The translations under genes were made by a program, and so were the position numbers. The notes beneath the pieces were generated by a model, which saw only the letters and a program-made list of their open reading frames with translations, ran no database searches and had not been told where the DNA came from. A stretch of 64,000 nt of DNA from the NCBI RefSeq assembly GCF_006345805.1, contig NC_042998.1, forward strand, positions 130,882,001 to 130,946,000, written 5' to 3'. This DNA is from Octopus sinensis. Lineage: Eukaryota. Numbering within the stretch: the stretch's first letter is position 1; each line of letters starts with the position of its first letter. Of the stretch, positions 1 through 12,548 are shown one piece after another.

Positions 1-228
1 TCTCAATTATAGGTTTCATTCGAAAGTTGCTGAGTGCTACACCATATATAGTTGTTACTCTACGAATCGCCTCAGTCGTTTGTTTTCAGTTTCCGATTGG
101 TGCCACATTGATTCAATTAGGCAAAGAGTCCTCTTGAAAAAACATGGATATATAGATATGCATTTCTTTATAGTATTCTATATATTGTAGATCTTTCGCT
201 GACATGAGAATACATTATTGCATAATAC

Positions 229-276
<48 letters not shown>

Positions 277-1494
277 AATACATTATTGCATAATACGCAT
301 ATATATATATATATCGAGAGAGAGAGAGAGAGAGAGAACAAATGAGGGAGAGAAAGAATGAGAAAGAGAGAGAGGGGAGATAAAGAGATAGATAGATATA
401 AATATATAGATAAATATGTGTGTGGTTTTGAGCGTGCATTCCTATGTAGGTATGTGTACTTATATTCACGTCCATATATACACTCACAGTGAAGAGAAAA
501 GGAGAAATATTTCTTCTTATATCATTACGGTGTATTAACAGAATGTTAGATATAAGAAAGTGTGGCTATAATGAAATCTAATAAACATCTAAGGTTATGC
601 ATGCAAAATAACTAAGGAAATACAAACATTAATATTAGAATAATATCAATTTAGCATGAATACCTACATCCACATACATCCATGCAATATAATCATAAAA
701 GTATTTTAGAATTGTTCATAGTGCCACAATAACATATTTCTCACAAGCGCTTACAATCCCATACGCATATGTATGTATGTATTATGTATGTATGTATGTA
801 TGTATGTATGTATGTATGTATGTATGTATGTATGTATGTATGTATGTGTGTATGTATGTTTGTATGTATGTATGTATGTATGTTTGTATGTATGTATGTA
901 TGTAGGTATGTATGTAGGTAGGTAGGTAGGTACCGTATTTTCCGGCATACAAGTCGACGTACTGTGACTATGCAGTATAAACATTCAAAAATTGTCACTA
1001 CATGTGCCGCATTACACAAGGAAATTTTTGTCCTGGAATGTCGTCTTCCCGGTTTGAGTCAACTTACCTTTATTACCTTCAAATTTTAATTCGAAAAATT
1101 CGAATTTTATGTTAGAAAATGCGGTTGGCTTCTTCGAAATTTATTTTCATTTTGTGTTCTTTGCAGAATTCAGACCGGTCACTTATTCAGTGGCATGTTG
1201 TTTTTTCCTTAGATCAAGACCGTACCTATGTAGATTTATGTATGCATGTGTTCGTGTGTGTCGTATGTATGTGAGGGTGTGTGGATAAGCTGTGTGAGTA
1301 ATGTATATTTCACTGTTGTTTATGCCTGTGTCTACATACGTTTATGTCACCCTAACCCTAACTCTTTTGTTGCACGTCCTGTGACCTCTTCAGAAACACT
1401 TTATCCCATGTGTCTCCTCTTGCTTTGCTTTGTCCCAAAATACTTATATAAACTGTCACTCAAAAGCTTCAAACTGAGATATCCGGATTATTAT

Positions 1495-3350
1495 TTTATT
1501 TTCTGTTTCTCGAATATTCACCTTTCCTCTGATCACCTATATCTAGAGAAAATGAATTAGTCTGCTGTGTTTTCTCGGGAGGAACCTAGATAATTCCAGA
1601 TTTCTAAGCAGGCCTGTTGTTATGGATCTCAATGCACCTACGATAATAGGAACAAATGAAAATCTATAACCTGGATGTAAGAAACTGTAGGGATTTCATC
1701 AATTATCTATAGATCGTCTCGTCTCCAATTTTTGAAGGGTCTATTCATATCTGCTGGATAACCGAACTCCACATCGGTGGATAAAGTTTGCCCTCTCTCT
1801 CTCTCCCATTCAACTAAATTTGTACTGTTACATTTATGACGGGTTGCAGACTTCATTAGAATGTTCTGCAAATATTCTTCGTGTGTAAAGCTGTGGATAA
1901 TTTCTGTTCTGGTGTCAGGGTTATCGTTCCTGCGTATTGCATGGTAGCGATAATATCACCGCTCACAGAAGGGTAATCATGCTGGTATCATGAATATTTT
2001 TCTTTCAAGTCTCTATTTAAATAGATTAGTCCAGCCATCTTGAGAAGTTGTTAACTTGGAGTACAAGTTCTTCGCCTAATCTCATGATTTTATTGACTTC
2101 GCTGTTCAGTATACACATAACGTACACCACTCTGCTTTTCTTCTCAGTGTTGTTCAAGTGACACACTGGGGCACTCAAACGCCGTAGTGACTGATCTGTC
2201 ATCTCTAAATATACCCGCCATGTGTTTAACATAGATCCAGTCACTGTTATCGTTGATGTGCACGCTACCTATCATCGTTTGTCTCCTGCTAGTCCAGATG
2301 TCCAGGTCGCAGATTTCATCAAGTGTCCAGTCTAATATCCTAAACATTGATACTATCACTAGCACATTGTAAAATTGTGGGGGTAAAGTTTAATTGCATG
2401 TACACTTCTCTGACTTCCAAACCTTCCAACGTTTGCTGAAATGTTCTTTTTCTGCTTTAGCACAAACATATGCAGTATACACGTCGATTCCAAAGAATTT
2501 GTAACATTTATCACTGGTGATAGGGGAGATACGCAGGCCATTGATATTCATATTCCTTGCCTGGTCGACAGCCTTTCCTCATTTGACTGCCAGCTGTGAT
2601 CACTCACTCAGTCCAAATTTCATTCCTAAGTCTCGTGAAAATGTGACGTTCTAACTGCTTCTTGGTGTCATGAGTATTACTCAACATAGATTAAAGTCAT
2701 CAAAGGAAGATATTTTTGGTGAATTTAATCTTCCATCTACAGTTACTATTATGCAGTTCTCTATTTCCTTAACAAAACAGAAAAGGAGTTCACTATTAGT
2801 ACAAAATGCATTACGGATGAGCTGCCACACTAATATAATTCTTACGAGTCTAATTCTCTCAATGAATTTAACGGAAGCATCGGCTCTTAGCAACAGCTCT
2901 ATGGACCATATTGTCAGCCTTTTAATGTCACTAGATATAGAAAATTTTAGCAATGGGGAGTGGCTCTATAATCCTTGAATTTGAAAGAGAATCAAGCGCT
3001 TTCTAAGAACCTAGCCAGGTTTCGACAACGTTAAGCACAGTTTTATTGATGAGGAGTTGTTCAAGACTGCACGCCCTCTTGTTTGACATCTCCAAGTTCA
3101 GCCTCTACATTGCAATTTCGGAGTGAACGCATTCAAGTGACTTGTGTATAATTGTTAAATCACACCGTGAGATTCACAAAATTTCTCCCGATATTTCTGG
3201 AGCCTGCTATAGCTGACCCCAGCCTCTTGTGCTGCTATGGTGTATACAGTAGTAATGCCACTAGTTGAGTTTGTTTTAATTTTCATCGCTTCATTACTGA
3301 TATGATTTTTTATACAAAAGGTGATTGATCTCATTTCTTCCAAAGCAGGT
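1495..3350 (-). mobile_element. Degraded R4/Dong-clade non-LTR retrotransposon (RT plus C-terminal restriction-like endonuclease), many stops and frameshifts
   Basis: Minus-strand translation gives ordered family motifs: EQLLINKTVL..WLGS*KALDS (~3060-2980), DDFNL (F.DDLKL site, ~2690), FSRDLGMKFGL (~2640-2610), RILDWTLDEICDLD..HIN..DWIYVK (ORF 2144-2365), VEFGYPADMN (~1770) and LHPGYRFSFVPIIVGAL (~1680-1630). The 5' boundary is uncertain. Confidence 0.8.
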
Positions 3351-4294
3351 AACAAATGTTTTTAAGACCGGACTTATATGAATGTCAAAACTTCTTGGGG
3401 ATAGTGTCCTTTACTGAAAGAGGAATAATCTCCTTGAGCCGAAATGACATATGAGTAACATTTCTTAACAAAGATTTACTTTTACGTTGATGAGGGAAGC
3501 GGAAAGCAAACATATGAAAATTCTCATTGAATCAATGAATTTTATTTAGTTTCTGTACTTGAAAACGATTGGTCAGATTGACTATATCCAGGTATTGTAA
3601 AAACAAAAAAACGTTCCACATATACCAGCACTTAATCTTCATGTAAGCACTGTACTATAACATTACAGAGGTGAGCTATACTGAGATATTTCAATTAAAT
3701 TTAAATTATTTCCTGCTATAGACAATGCACAGCTTGCAGTCACGGTTAATAAATGGTAGAGCCTACTTAGCTCTAAGCTTTTTCACAGAAACTTATAAAC
3801 ATTTGTGTTGTAGTAAACGGCTTCCTTGTAAAATTAACATGCATTTCTTTGAGAAAAAATGTAGATTCAGTATTTTCCGTCGTGGTGACATAAAGGGAAG
3901 CACGTCACCTCTATCACCAACGTATTTTCAACGTTTCCTAATTTTCTTGGTCAATACCTATGAGTCATGATAGACATCGTGGTGACTAAACAAGGCAAGG
4001 ATATTCATATATGCAATTTTTTGTCTCTTCACATCAGAAATTCAAAATGTCTTTTAATATCTGCGACAGGTGTTTTTGTCGAAACGTAGGACATATCTGA
4101 AAACATTATCTTGTCGATGACATATGGTCTGCCAGTTGTGTGAAATGTTGCCTATTCATATGACATTTAGTTTTACTGTTAGGAATTCTGTCATGGAATT
4201 TAAATTTGAAAGTAACATGTATATCCTTTAAATATGTATAAGAAACTTCATGCATTTTGGACCCTGCAGCATTGATTTAAAACTCTTTCTAAAG

Positions 4295-4540
4295 TTCTGT
4301 TGTGTCTGGGGAGAGTCATTTTCTTTTTGTGCCTTATAATGTAACACACTCACCGGTAAAATTTCCACCGGTAAAATTTTAGGAAAATAAAAATAAGAAA
4401 TAAGTGGACATTTTATCGGTGAGTGTGTTACATTATAAGGCACAAAAAGAAAATAACTCTCCCCAGACACAACAGAATATGCTTCAACACACGAACTCAT
4501 ATAAATAATCTTGCAAACCAAATCCCAAAACGAAATATCT
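4295..4540. repeat. Foldback repeat: ~68-bp inverted arms (4295-4477) plus a one-sided ~60-bp extension
   Basis: The arm ttctgttgtgtctggggagagtcattttctttttgtgccttataatgtaacacactcacc is matched almost perfectly by the reverse complement ending at 4477. A second copy lies inverted at ~14745-14936. Confidence 0.85.
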
Positions 4541-5381
4541 TTCAAACGTGTCATAATTTTTATTACCTTGAAGTGTCAGTTCACTGAAACGGGACATATC
4601 CTTGTCCCACCTTTGCAGCTTAAAAATAATTCCCACTCGGCGTTTCGCTAATATAAGTGTAAAACTACTTGAACACCAAGAATACATCTAGCATTGAGAG
4701 AAGAATATAGTCAGAAATATATAGGCGGTTTACCTGTACCAGCGAATCATATAATTTTAGTATTGAAAAACACGTTGTTTCCCTATAACCTAGTTGCTCA
4801 GCATCCACGTACTATACCGTATAGTTGCCGAAACATGTAGGTGGTGGCGATAGTTTACTAAAAAGCAAATGGAGAAGCTCACTAATTGTATTTCTCTCAA
4901 ATTATCAAATATCAGCCCCCAACCAAAGAAATAAAGAGCGAGGAAATTTTAGCACAAACTAAATTTATTTATAAGGCAAAAATACCTATCTCTTTTCAAC
5001 ATGTTTTAAATGCTTAAAAACCGTCTTAGATTAATTGAACATGTAAATTAGCGGACCTCTTTTCAATGTTCTCATCACAGCCATCCACCTACAATAAAAA
5101 AAAATACTGACTTATGGAACGATCGTTTGACTTCAGGTAAGCCTTAACACAACACGACAATATGCATACACGCACGCACATTAACATTTATATGTGTACA
5201 CACTCACACGTGCATACACACTCGTACACACGCGAGTAAATACAATCAAATACAGATGCACTCATAAAATGCATATAAGTACACACGCATAAACGTTAAT
5301 AAATGTATATCTATATTTGCATGTACAAACATATATGCATATGCGATAGAGTGTTTTAGCGACTCAGAAGAGCAAACTAAG

Positions 5382-5428
<47 letters not shown>

Positions 5429-5437
5429 GGATAGATG

Positions 5438-5504
<67 letters not shown>
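5382..5504. repeat. (GATA)n microsatellite at the 3' end of the Tx1-like LINE
   Basis: Direct reading of the sequence. Confidence 0.95.
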
Positions 5505-5505
<1 letters not shown>

Positions 5506-5591
5506 TGTTTCTTTATTAGCCACACAGGGCTGCACACAGATAGAACAAATTACAAGGTAGAGCTTTTCTTTTGAAGGTTTAAAAAAAAAAA

Positions 5592-5625
<34 letters not shown>

Positions 5626-5914
5626 TAAAAAATAAAATAAAATAAAAAAGGGGGGGGGTCGATCAAAAGGGATCGTAAAAGGAGAGGAGGACAAAAAAAG
5701 GGGGGTAAAAAAAAGGGGGAGAGGAAAAAAAATGATCAATAGGGATCGTTATCACAGAAATGTCAATATGAAGTGTAAAGGGAGGACAGGTGAGGTTTAC
5801 CGTGGAAAGAAAAGCCTACGGAAAAGACCACGGTAACCTCGGTCAATGAAGTCACATGTTATATTTCTTTTTTTTTTTTGCAAATAAGCAACTCTCTGTA
5901 TTAATTTTTACGGT

Positions 5915-8900
5915 TCATAGAATCATAGTCAAGGTGGCTTCGTCATTCATACGTGCCATCCTTGCTACATTCACCCATCTTTTTTTAAAACATTCACTAG
6001 ACAAAACTTGCCTCTCTACTCTCACTTTTTTCTTCAAGTGATACTTGAAGAAGTTGATGAGAGATTGACCAGAGAGGAAGTGTTTGTCTCTAATCCTTTC
6101 AGACGCGTCCACCAGATACATTCTTTCGCCATAGCCACAAGTATGATAAAAATAGCTCTTCCTTCCCGTTTGAAGGAAGGAGGCGTGACGATATTAACGA
6201 TAGACTCGGCGGATAAACGACACGTCCCACACGTGACAGCAGCCGTTCGACATAAGCCCACAGGTGGGAAATTGCTGGACACTGCACGATTGCGTGCAGA
6301 GCGGTTTCGTCGCTCTGCCCGCATCTCGGGCAGGTCGGCCCCGTGTTTCTCGAGCCATGCCTATAGAGCTTATCCCGAACGGGTAGCGCTTCTCGGTAGC
6401 ACCGCCAGGCCAGGGATCTCTGGAAGTTGTCCATAGGTCCCGGGCCGAAAGTCGTTTGAAACAGGCGGGTCAGGTATTCCTCGTCGACGCCCAGGTTTGC
6501 CACGAGCTCGTCGTCGTACCTCCCCTCCACTAATCCCCTATAGAATGCTTTGGTTGTGTTGAAGTCACTCAAGGTCGACCCGGGACGGCAGAGTTGCTTG
6601 AGAGCAACGCGACACTCGCGGTGCCATTCGCCCTTCTTCGGCCTCTTTTTGATCCACGACTGTAGTTCGGTCATGGAGACGAGTTGCGGGAATGCGTGCC
6701 TCACAAACGGCGACCAACCTGTTCACCGTCGTCTACATAGAGCCGGAGATGTCGCAGTCTCAGCGCGTGTCTGCGCATCATCAACCACGGCATGCCCAGC
6801 CCTCCTTTTAACGGGTGTTGACAGCAAATGGATCGCCTGACCATCGGACGCATCCTTTCCACAAGAAGCGGAAGAGGATGCGTTCTAGTTTGGTGATGGT
6901 AGGGTCGGGACAAGGTACGACGGTCAGGCGGTAGTAGATGATGGACGCGATGTACGCGTTCACCACCTCCGCCCGACCTTTTAGGGACAGTTTCCTCTCG
7001 GCCCATTGCTGGGCGAGAGTGACCACCCTACTCGTTATCTCGTTCCAGTTCTTCTCCATTTGGAGGTCCGGACCGAACCAGACCCCGAGCAACTCAACCG
7101 GGCCGTCTGTCCAGCGTCCCACGACGGAGGTACTGGTGGACGGCATGGGTTTGCTTCTCCAGGTGCCGAGCCGCAAGCCCACTGACTTTTCCCGGTTGAT
7201 TTTTGCTCCTGTCACCGCTTCGTAGTCTTTCAGTGTCTCGCCGACCCGCTCGATGTGCTCGTGGCTTGACACTATGACGGTGACGTCGTCCGCGTATGCA
7301 GACACGCTCGTCCCGCATCCTAATTCTCGCGGGATGCCCCTCAGAGTCGCCAGCTTCCGCAGTAGTGGCTCAAGAGTCAATACGTATAGAAGCGCCGAGA
7401 GGGGGCATCCCTAACGGACCGAACGTGCAATGTCGAAGGGTCTCGATAGATGTCCATTTACGCGAATTACCGAACGGATGCCTCTGTACAAGGCAGCTAT
7501 CAGCCGCGGAAGACGGGACCGAAACCAGCCGCTCTCAGGACTGCCTCCAAGTATCGATGGTCTACCCTATCAAAGGCTTTCGATTGATCCAAGTTGATCA
7601 GGGCCCCACCCATGCCAGGTTCGGTTAACTACCCTGTCTATGATGTAGCGCATCAGATGGAGGTTGTCATGGATGCTCCGGCCCGGCACGGCGCACGTTT
7701 GTGCGTTGTCGACCAGTTTCTCCATGACAAGCGCCAACCTCTTGGCTAACACCTTTGTCAAAATTTTCAGGTCTGCATTGAGCAGAGTGATTGGCCTAAA
7801 GTTATCTATAATGTTTCCCTTGTTTGGATCTTTCTTCAGCAGAGTTACAGCTCCTCGACTCACAAAACCGGGTATGCTCCCGTTTTGCTGCCAGTTGCAG
7901 TATACCGCTGCCAAGACGTCTCCAAACAAGTCTGGCATACAATAGTAAAATTCGTAGGGTAGACCATCCAAACCCGGTGATTTGTCCCTCGAGCATTCTG
8001 CCATCGCTTCCCGCACTTCCGCCGCCGTGATGGCACCTTCGCAGCACCCTGCCTTTCTTGTCGAGAGTCGTGGCAGGTGATGTAGGTAGGCACTGAAGTC
8101 TACCCTACGTTCTTGCCCTCCACTCGTCCCGAACAGTCGGGCAAAATGCTGCTGAAAGGCCTCACACATTTTACTTGGCTCGAGCAATTCGCGCCCCTGT
8201 TCATCTACCAGTGACCAAATGGTGGCTTTGTTGCCTGTTGCGCCTCTGCCACCCGGGCCTCTCTCGCGGCTCCAACACCTTCGTTCCTTAGAGCACGCAT
8301 TCTAGCTCTGACAGCACATCCTTCGTGTTTGGCGTTGAAGTGTTGGTCGAGGGCCAACCTCGCCGCCAAAACGTCGGATGCGATGCCGCTTCTAATTGCC
8401 TCTTCTAGCTTCTTAACTAGCTCACCCTCTACTCTATTTCTATCTATGGCTAGTGCTTTGCTGTACCTAATCGCTTCTGCTTTTACTGCTCTCTTGAGGG
8501 CAAACCACCATTGTGTTGTGATGATGGCTCCCGTCAAAGCCCTCTTTACTAGTGTGCTAATCCGGTCTCTGAAAACTTGTCTGGACGGGAATGATGCGTT
8601 CAGTTTCCAGTACCCAGGACCCTGTCTATGTGCCTTATCTAAGTCTAGCGTACACGTCACCAATTTGTGATCCGTGTAGCTGACTGTGTGGAATTGTGGA
8701 CATCCTAAGTTATCCTTGTCTACTGTCCTACACAGTATCCTATCTAGATACGATCTCGACGACCCACTGCGGTTGCTCCATGTCCACGTTGGTGCATTTG
8801 GGTGGTCGAGTCGGTACCTGTCAGACAGTTGGAATCGTCTGAGCAGGTCTCTGAGGCATTTGCATCCCCTTCTGTTTCTGTCTCTACCCACGTAGTCTAC

Positions 8901-9345
8901 ATGCGTGTCCAAGGTAGCATTCCAATCCCCCACTAAGAGTAAAGGACGAGACGTTCCCAAGAATACTTCTAGACGTCGAAAGAAATCCGCCCGACCTGTT
9001 AAGAGCGGTGCGTAGACTGATACGAGTCGAAAAGCGCACCCATTGCTGCCGTCAACATCCAGAACGATCAGTCTACCCTCCGGGTCTACGAATATCGTCT
9101 TGACTTCGAGATCCAGGCTCTTGTGAAAAAGTACCGCGGTGCCACTACCGCCCATCCTCGGCAGACAGGGAGCGAAATAAATGTTAAACTGTCCGCCAAA
9201 CATGGACTTTAGGGCCCGTGGCTCGTGGAGTCTGGTCTCACTTATGGCTATGATTCCCAATCATGTGACTTGATGTCATTTAGGAGGTATCCTTGTTTCC
9301 AAGGAGACCCCAAGCCACGCGCATTCACAAACCAATCTTGACCAT
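5915..9345 (-). pseudogene. LINE ORF2 (AP endonuclease, reverse transcriptase, zinc knuckle), broken by several frameshifts and stops
   Basis: Starts MVKIG/VNARGL; APE motifs SETRL, VGDWN, LDRI and TDHK; RT motifs SPGLDGLPYEFY, FRPITLLNADLKIL, VR*GCPLS and YADD; C-terminal CPRCGQSDETALHAIVQC. Assembled from ORFs 8205-9260, 7570-8187, 6808-7380, 6099-6704 and 5915-6121. Confidence 0.95.
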
Positions 9346-9395
9346 GATTCTATTGGGGTGTGTGCTTTAAAACACACAAATGAAAGTACAGAGAG

Positions 9396-9846
9396 TTACT
9401 TACTTGTGTCGAAAGTTTTGGCTTCCTCGTTCTTTGATGTGTCTTCGAGGAGGTTTCTATATAGTTTTTGGGACAGATATTTCTGGAACCCCCTACAGCA
9501 TTTGGGAAGAGGGCTTTGAGTTTGTGGTGTTGTGTTTGTGTGATGTGTAGTTTTTGATGTGTTTGGGTGGTGTAGTGCGTGGATGATTGCTATTTTTAAA
9601 GTCATCTTCACAAATGTTTGTGTATCCTGTGATGTACTCCATTAGTTTGGAGTCTTTTGTGTCTATCGCTGATAGCATTGTTTTTGTGGTGTTGGTGCTT
9701 GTTTTGTTGTGTATGGAGTTTTCAGGGTTCAGGTATCTCCCTGCTTTGGTTGCGATTTCTTGTTTGGTTTTTCTTGATCTTTTTCTTTTACCCCCTGTGG
9801 CTATTTGCCATTCTGTCGAACTTTCATCGTTAGATGAAAAGTCTGA
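9396..9846 (-). pseudogene. Probable C-terminal remnant of LINE ORF1 (K/T/S-rich, low complexity)
   Basis: Overlapping ORFs 9396-9611 and 9493-9963 lie just upstream of the ORF2 ATG on the same strand. No diagnostic domain seen. Confidence 0.5.
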
Positions 9847-9847
9847 C

Positions 9848-9878
<31 letters not shown>

Positions 9879-9914
9879 ATACAACATAGCAGCAGGTAGA
9901 AATATACAGAAGTA

Positions 9915-10200
9915 ATGCTGAAATCGTGTCTTCGAAAAATGAAATTAGAATTTTAAAAAACATTACTAGGTCGTTGGAATGTGGTTTAAACTATTTATGA
10001 AGTAAAAATACTTCACGAACATATGTAAGAAAATATATTTAGGAAAAAAAGCAAAATTTAAAAAGATAAGAAATTTAAATCAGTAATCCACACACGCAGA
10101 AATGTAAACGCATTTGGGTCAATGTGAATTCACTTGACTAAATATATTTTTAACTTCAGTTTCAATTACGAAAATTGAGTGAAGAAACAGGTAAATCTAA
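9915..10200. repeat. Unclassified AT-rich ~290-bp duplicated segment, copy 1 (copy 2 at ~13162-13450)
   Basis: Shared colinear blocks: aatgctgaa, aaattagaatttt, taggtcgtt, atttatgaagt.aaaatactt, gcatttgggtcaa, cttgactaaatata, aaattgagt.aagaaaca. Confidence 0.8.
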
Positions 10201-10339
10201 TTATTTCACTGCGTCTTTGTACATGCATTGATACACGTGCACACATACGTGTGCTGCCTGCTTTTATATGCGAATGTGTATGTGTGAGTATGTTCGAGTG
10301 TGTATATGTGAATGCGTGAGTTAATCTATAACTGTATAT

Positions 10340-10401
<62 letters not shown>

Positions 10402-10434
10402 TAAATATGTATGTTTTTATATATAATATATATG

Positions 10435-10487
<53 letters not shown>

Positions 10488-10520
10488 ATAAATATATGTA
10501 TGTTTGTATATATATATATA

Positions 10521-10608
<88 letters not shown>

Positions 10609-10709
10609 GTAATATATATATATGAAATGGATAGAAAAACGAAAGACGAAGACAGGTGTATGAACAACTAGCAAGTGCATTAGTTTGACGCTCTGGAAAA
10701 TGAAGAAGT

Positions 10710-10745
10710 CTTTTACGTTTCGAACCCACGCTCTTCAACAGAAAA
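10710..10745 (-). ncRNA. Variant minimal hammerhead motif (core CUGUUGA) in a ~130-bp repeat
   Basis: Minus strand: tttt-CTGTTGA-a-gagc-gtgg-gttc-GAAA-CG-T-A-aaag. A homologous copy is at 34634-34669 (+). Confidence 0.5.
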
Positions 10746-11368
10746 GAATAAGAGAAAATAAGCAGAGAGGGAATGAAAAAAAATTTGTAGATTTCAGCGG
10801 CCCAGATATCATAACAGTATTATACTAGTATTTAAATATATTATAATATAGATGTCTATGGGAATTAAAATCAAGAAGGCAAAATTCATAAATAAGGTTT
10901 CAACAGTTTAACCTTTTTCTCTCGTGAGCAAATAGGAAACAAACTATCTCTTTAACCCGGAGTGAATTGTGGAAACTCCTGACGAGAAACAAGACCATGC
11001 TGGTTAAATTTTGAAATAACGTGATAGGGCTTTTTCAAACAACTTCATTCAGTGAGGTTATCTCAGAGAAGAAAGATGTTGTGGCCTGCAGCTTGCAGTC
11101 GCTTAATATCTCATGAGGTTGGTGTTTTTGTGTGGCGCTCATTTCTAGCAATTGCACGTACTATGTGCACCCTTATTTACGAATTTTGCCTTTTTAGTTT
11201 TAATTGTTTTCGCTTCCTATATTATAACAAGTTTAATATATGAGAATATATCATAATAGAAAGATAAATAGATACATAGATACATACATAGATACATAAA
11301 TAGATGTAGAGATAGATAGACTATTATAATGTCTTATTGTATTTTTTCTTATATACATATATATATAC

Positions 11369-11449
<81 letters not shown>

Positions 11450-12340
11450 TATACATATATATGTAGGTCAGAGTCAGAAGTATAGTTTCATCAGACGCAC
11501 AGGTGAAAGTAATGTAACTAGGAAGAAACTATTACGATATGTATAAATATGCCAGTCGTCTATGAAGGGCTGGGGGCAAGAACCGCAGTAGGATTCTACT
11601 CATTGTAATAGTAAAATTATTTACTGAAAGAATTTAAATAACTCTCTCTCTCTCTATCTATATATATATATATATATATACAAGAGAGAAAAATGGATCA
11701 AGAACGTAACAGGCGACAATAAAACATCCGGACAGTTAGACGATACAAAATAGGACAGAAAAGAACAAAGAGCGGTCATTCGGAGTTTTCTATCTTCAGT
11801 CGATTTCCAGATTCTCTCAACAGTTTCGGCGTTATACTCGAGACTGCTCCAATCTGGCTGGCCCCAAGAAAATCTAAGCTCAGAATACAAGGTTCCTTGG
11901 AAGAAAGCAAACGGATGTATACGAAAACAAGGACGAAAAAAATAAACGGAAAAAATAGTACACAAATACAAATACATGAAAGTCATGGGAAGGAATACAG
12001 ACGTTGCACGGATAGTAAGGCTTGGTGGAACACCGGTCACGTGGAAGGAGAGGAGAGAGCGGTAGGGGCAGAGGGACTGAAGAATTAGGGAGGGATAAGA
12101 ATGAAAGAAAAAAGAAAAGGGACAGAGTGAGTAAAAGAGGAAGGAAGTTGAGAATGAAGTGAAGGCCAAGAAATGTGAGAGAGAGTGGGAGCGAGAAAAA
12201 GTGGAAAGAACGAAGTGTGAAGGGGCTATACACACACACACACACACCACACACACACACACACATATATGTGACCTCGTGAGTACCGTTGGCGATTTTT
12301 TTCCTCTGTCTTACCTTCTCTGGATCTTTCCTTCTCCTAT

Positions 12341-12375
12341 GTTTCCGACGAAGAGCTCCGCTCGAAACGTTAAAC
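12341..12375 (+). ncRNA. Minimal type I hammerhead motif, Penelope-type (U4C variant)
   Basis: gttt-CCGACGA-a-gagc-tcc-gctc-GAAA-CG-T-T-aaac. Stem I gttt/aaac, stem II gagc/gctc, palindromic ACGT stem III. Confidence 0.7.
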
Positions 12376-12491
12376 CCTCCTTCTTCCCTTCTTTCCTGAG
12401 CGTCCAATAATACTATATTTGTTCCACGTCCTCGCGTTGTTGTGTTTTTTTTGTTTTTTCTTGTTTCGATTAACTATATATATATATATAT

Positions 12492-12548
<57 letters not shown>

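Larger units (their letters stand above)
5505..9846 (-). mobile_element. Tx1/L1-clade LINE, 5'-truncated within ORF1, relatively young
   Basis: GC-rich block with APE, RT and CCHC domains on the minus strand. The 3' UTR ends ...gcagccctgtgtggctaataaagaaac. (GATA)n lies on both flanks (5382-5504 and 9848-9877). Confidence 0.95.

Noticed and set aside
204-297. 26-27-bp direct repeat (atgagaatacattattgcataatacg) around a (TA)n tract
   Set aside because: Most simply a slippage duplication at the microsatellite; there is no element between the copies.
1350-1362. ccctaaccctaac (two telomeric units) downstream of the R4-like relic
   Set aside because: Only two units, expected by chance; it does not show telomere targeting.
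2026-3355. Apparent GIY-YIG (YLEMTDQSLRR), APE (VVETWL, SDH) and integrase-like (KFCESHGVI) motifs
   Set aside because: Reading across frames shows these are coincidental pieces of one R4/Dong RT-RLE relic, so there is no dual-endonuclease element.
4058-4095. gacagg-tgtt-tttgtc-GAAACGTA hammerhead-like half
   Set aside because: No CUGANGA core and no stem I pairing.
4805-4844. HHR 3' half (ctata-ccg-tatag..gcc-GAAA-CATG-T-A-ggtgg)
   Set aside because: Probably an HHR remnant, but the CUGANGA core is deleted, so it cannot be called a ribozyme.
11780-11850. GAAA followed by CTGAAGA on the minus strand (possible type II HHR)
   Set aside because: Stems I, II and III do not pair convincingly.
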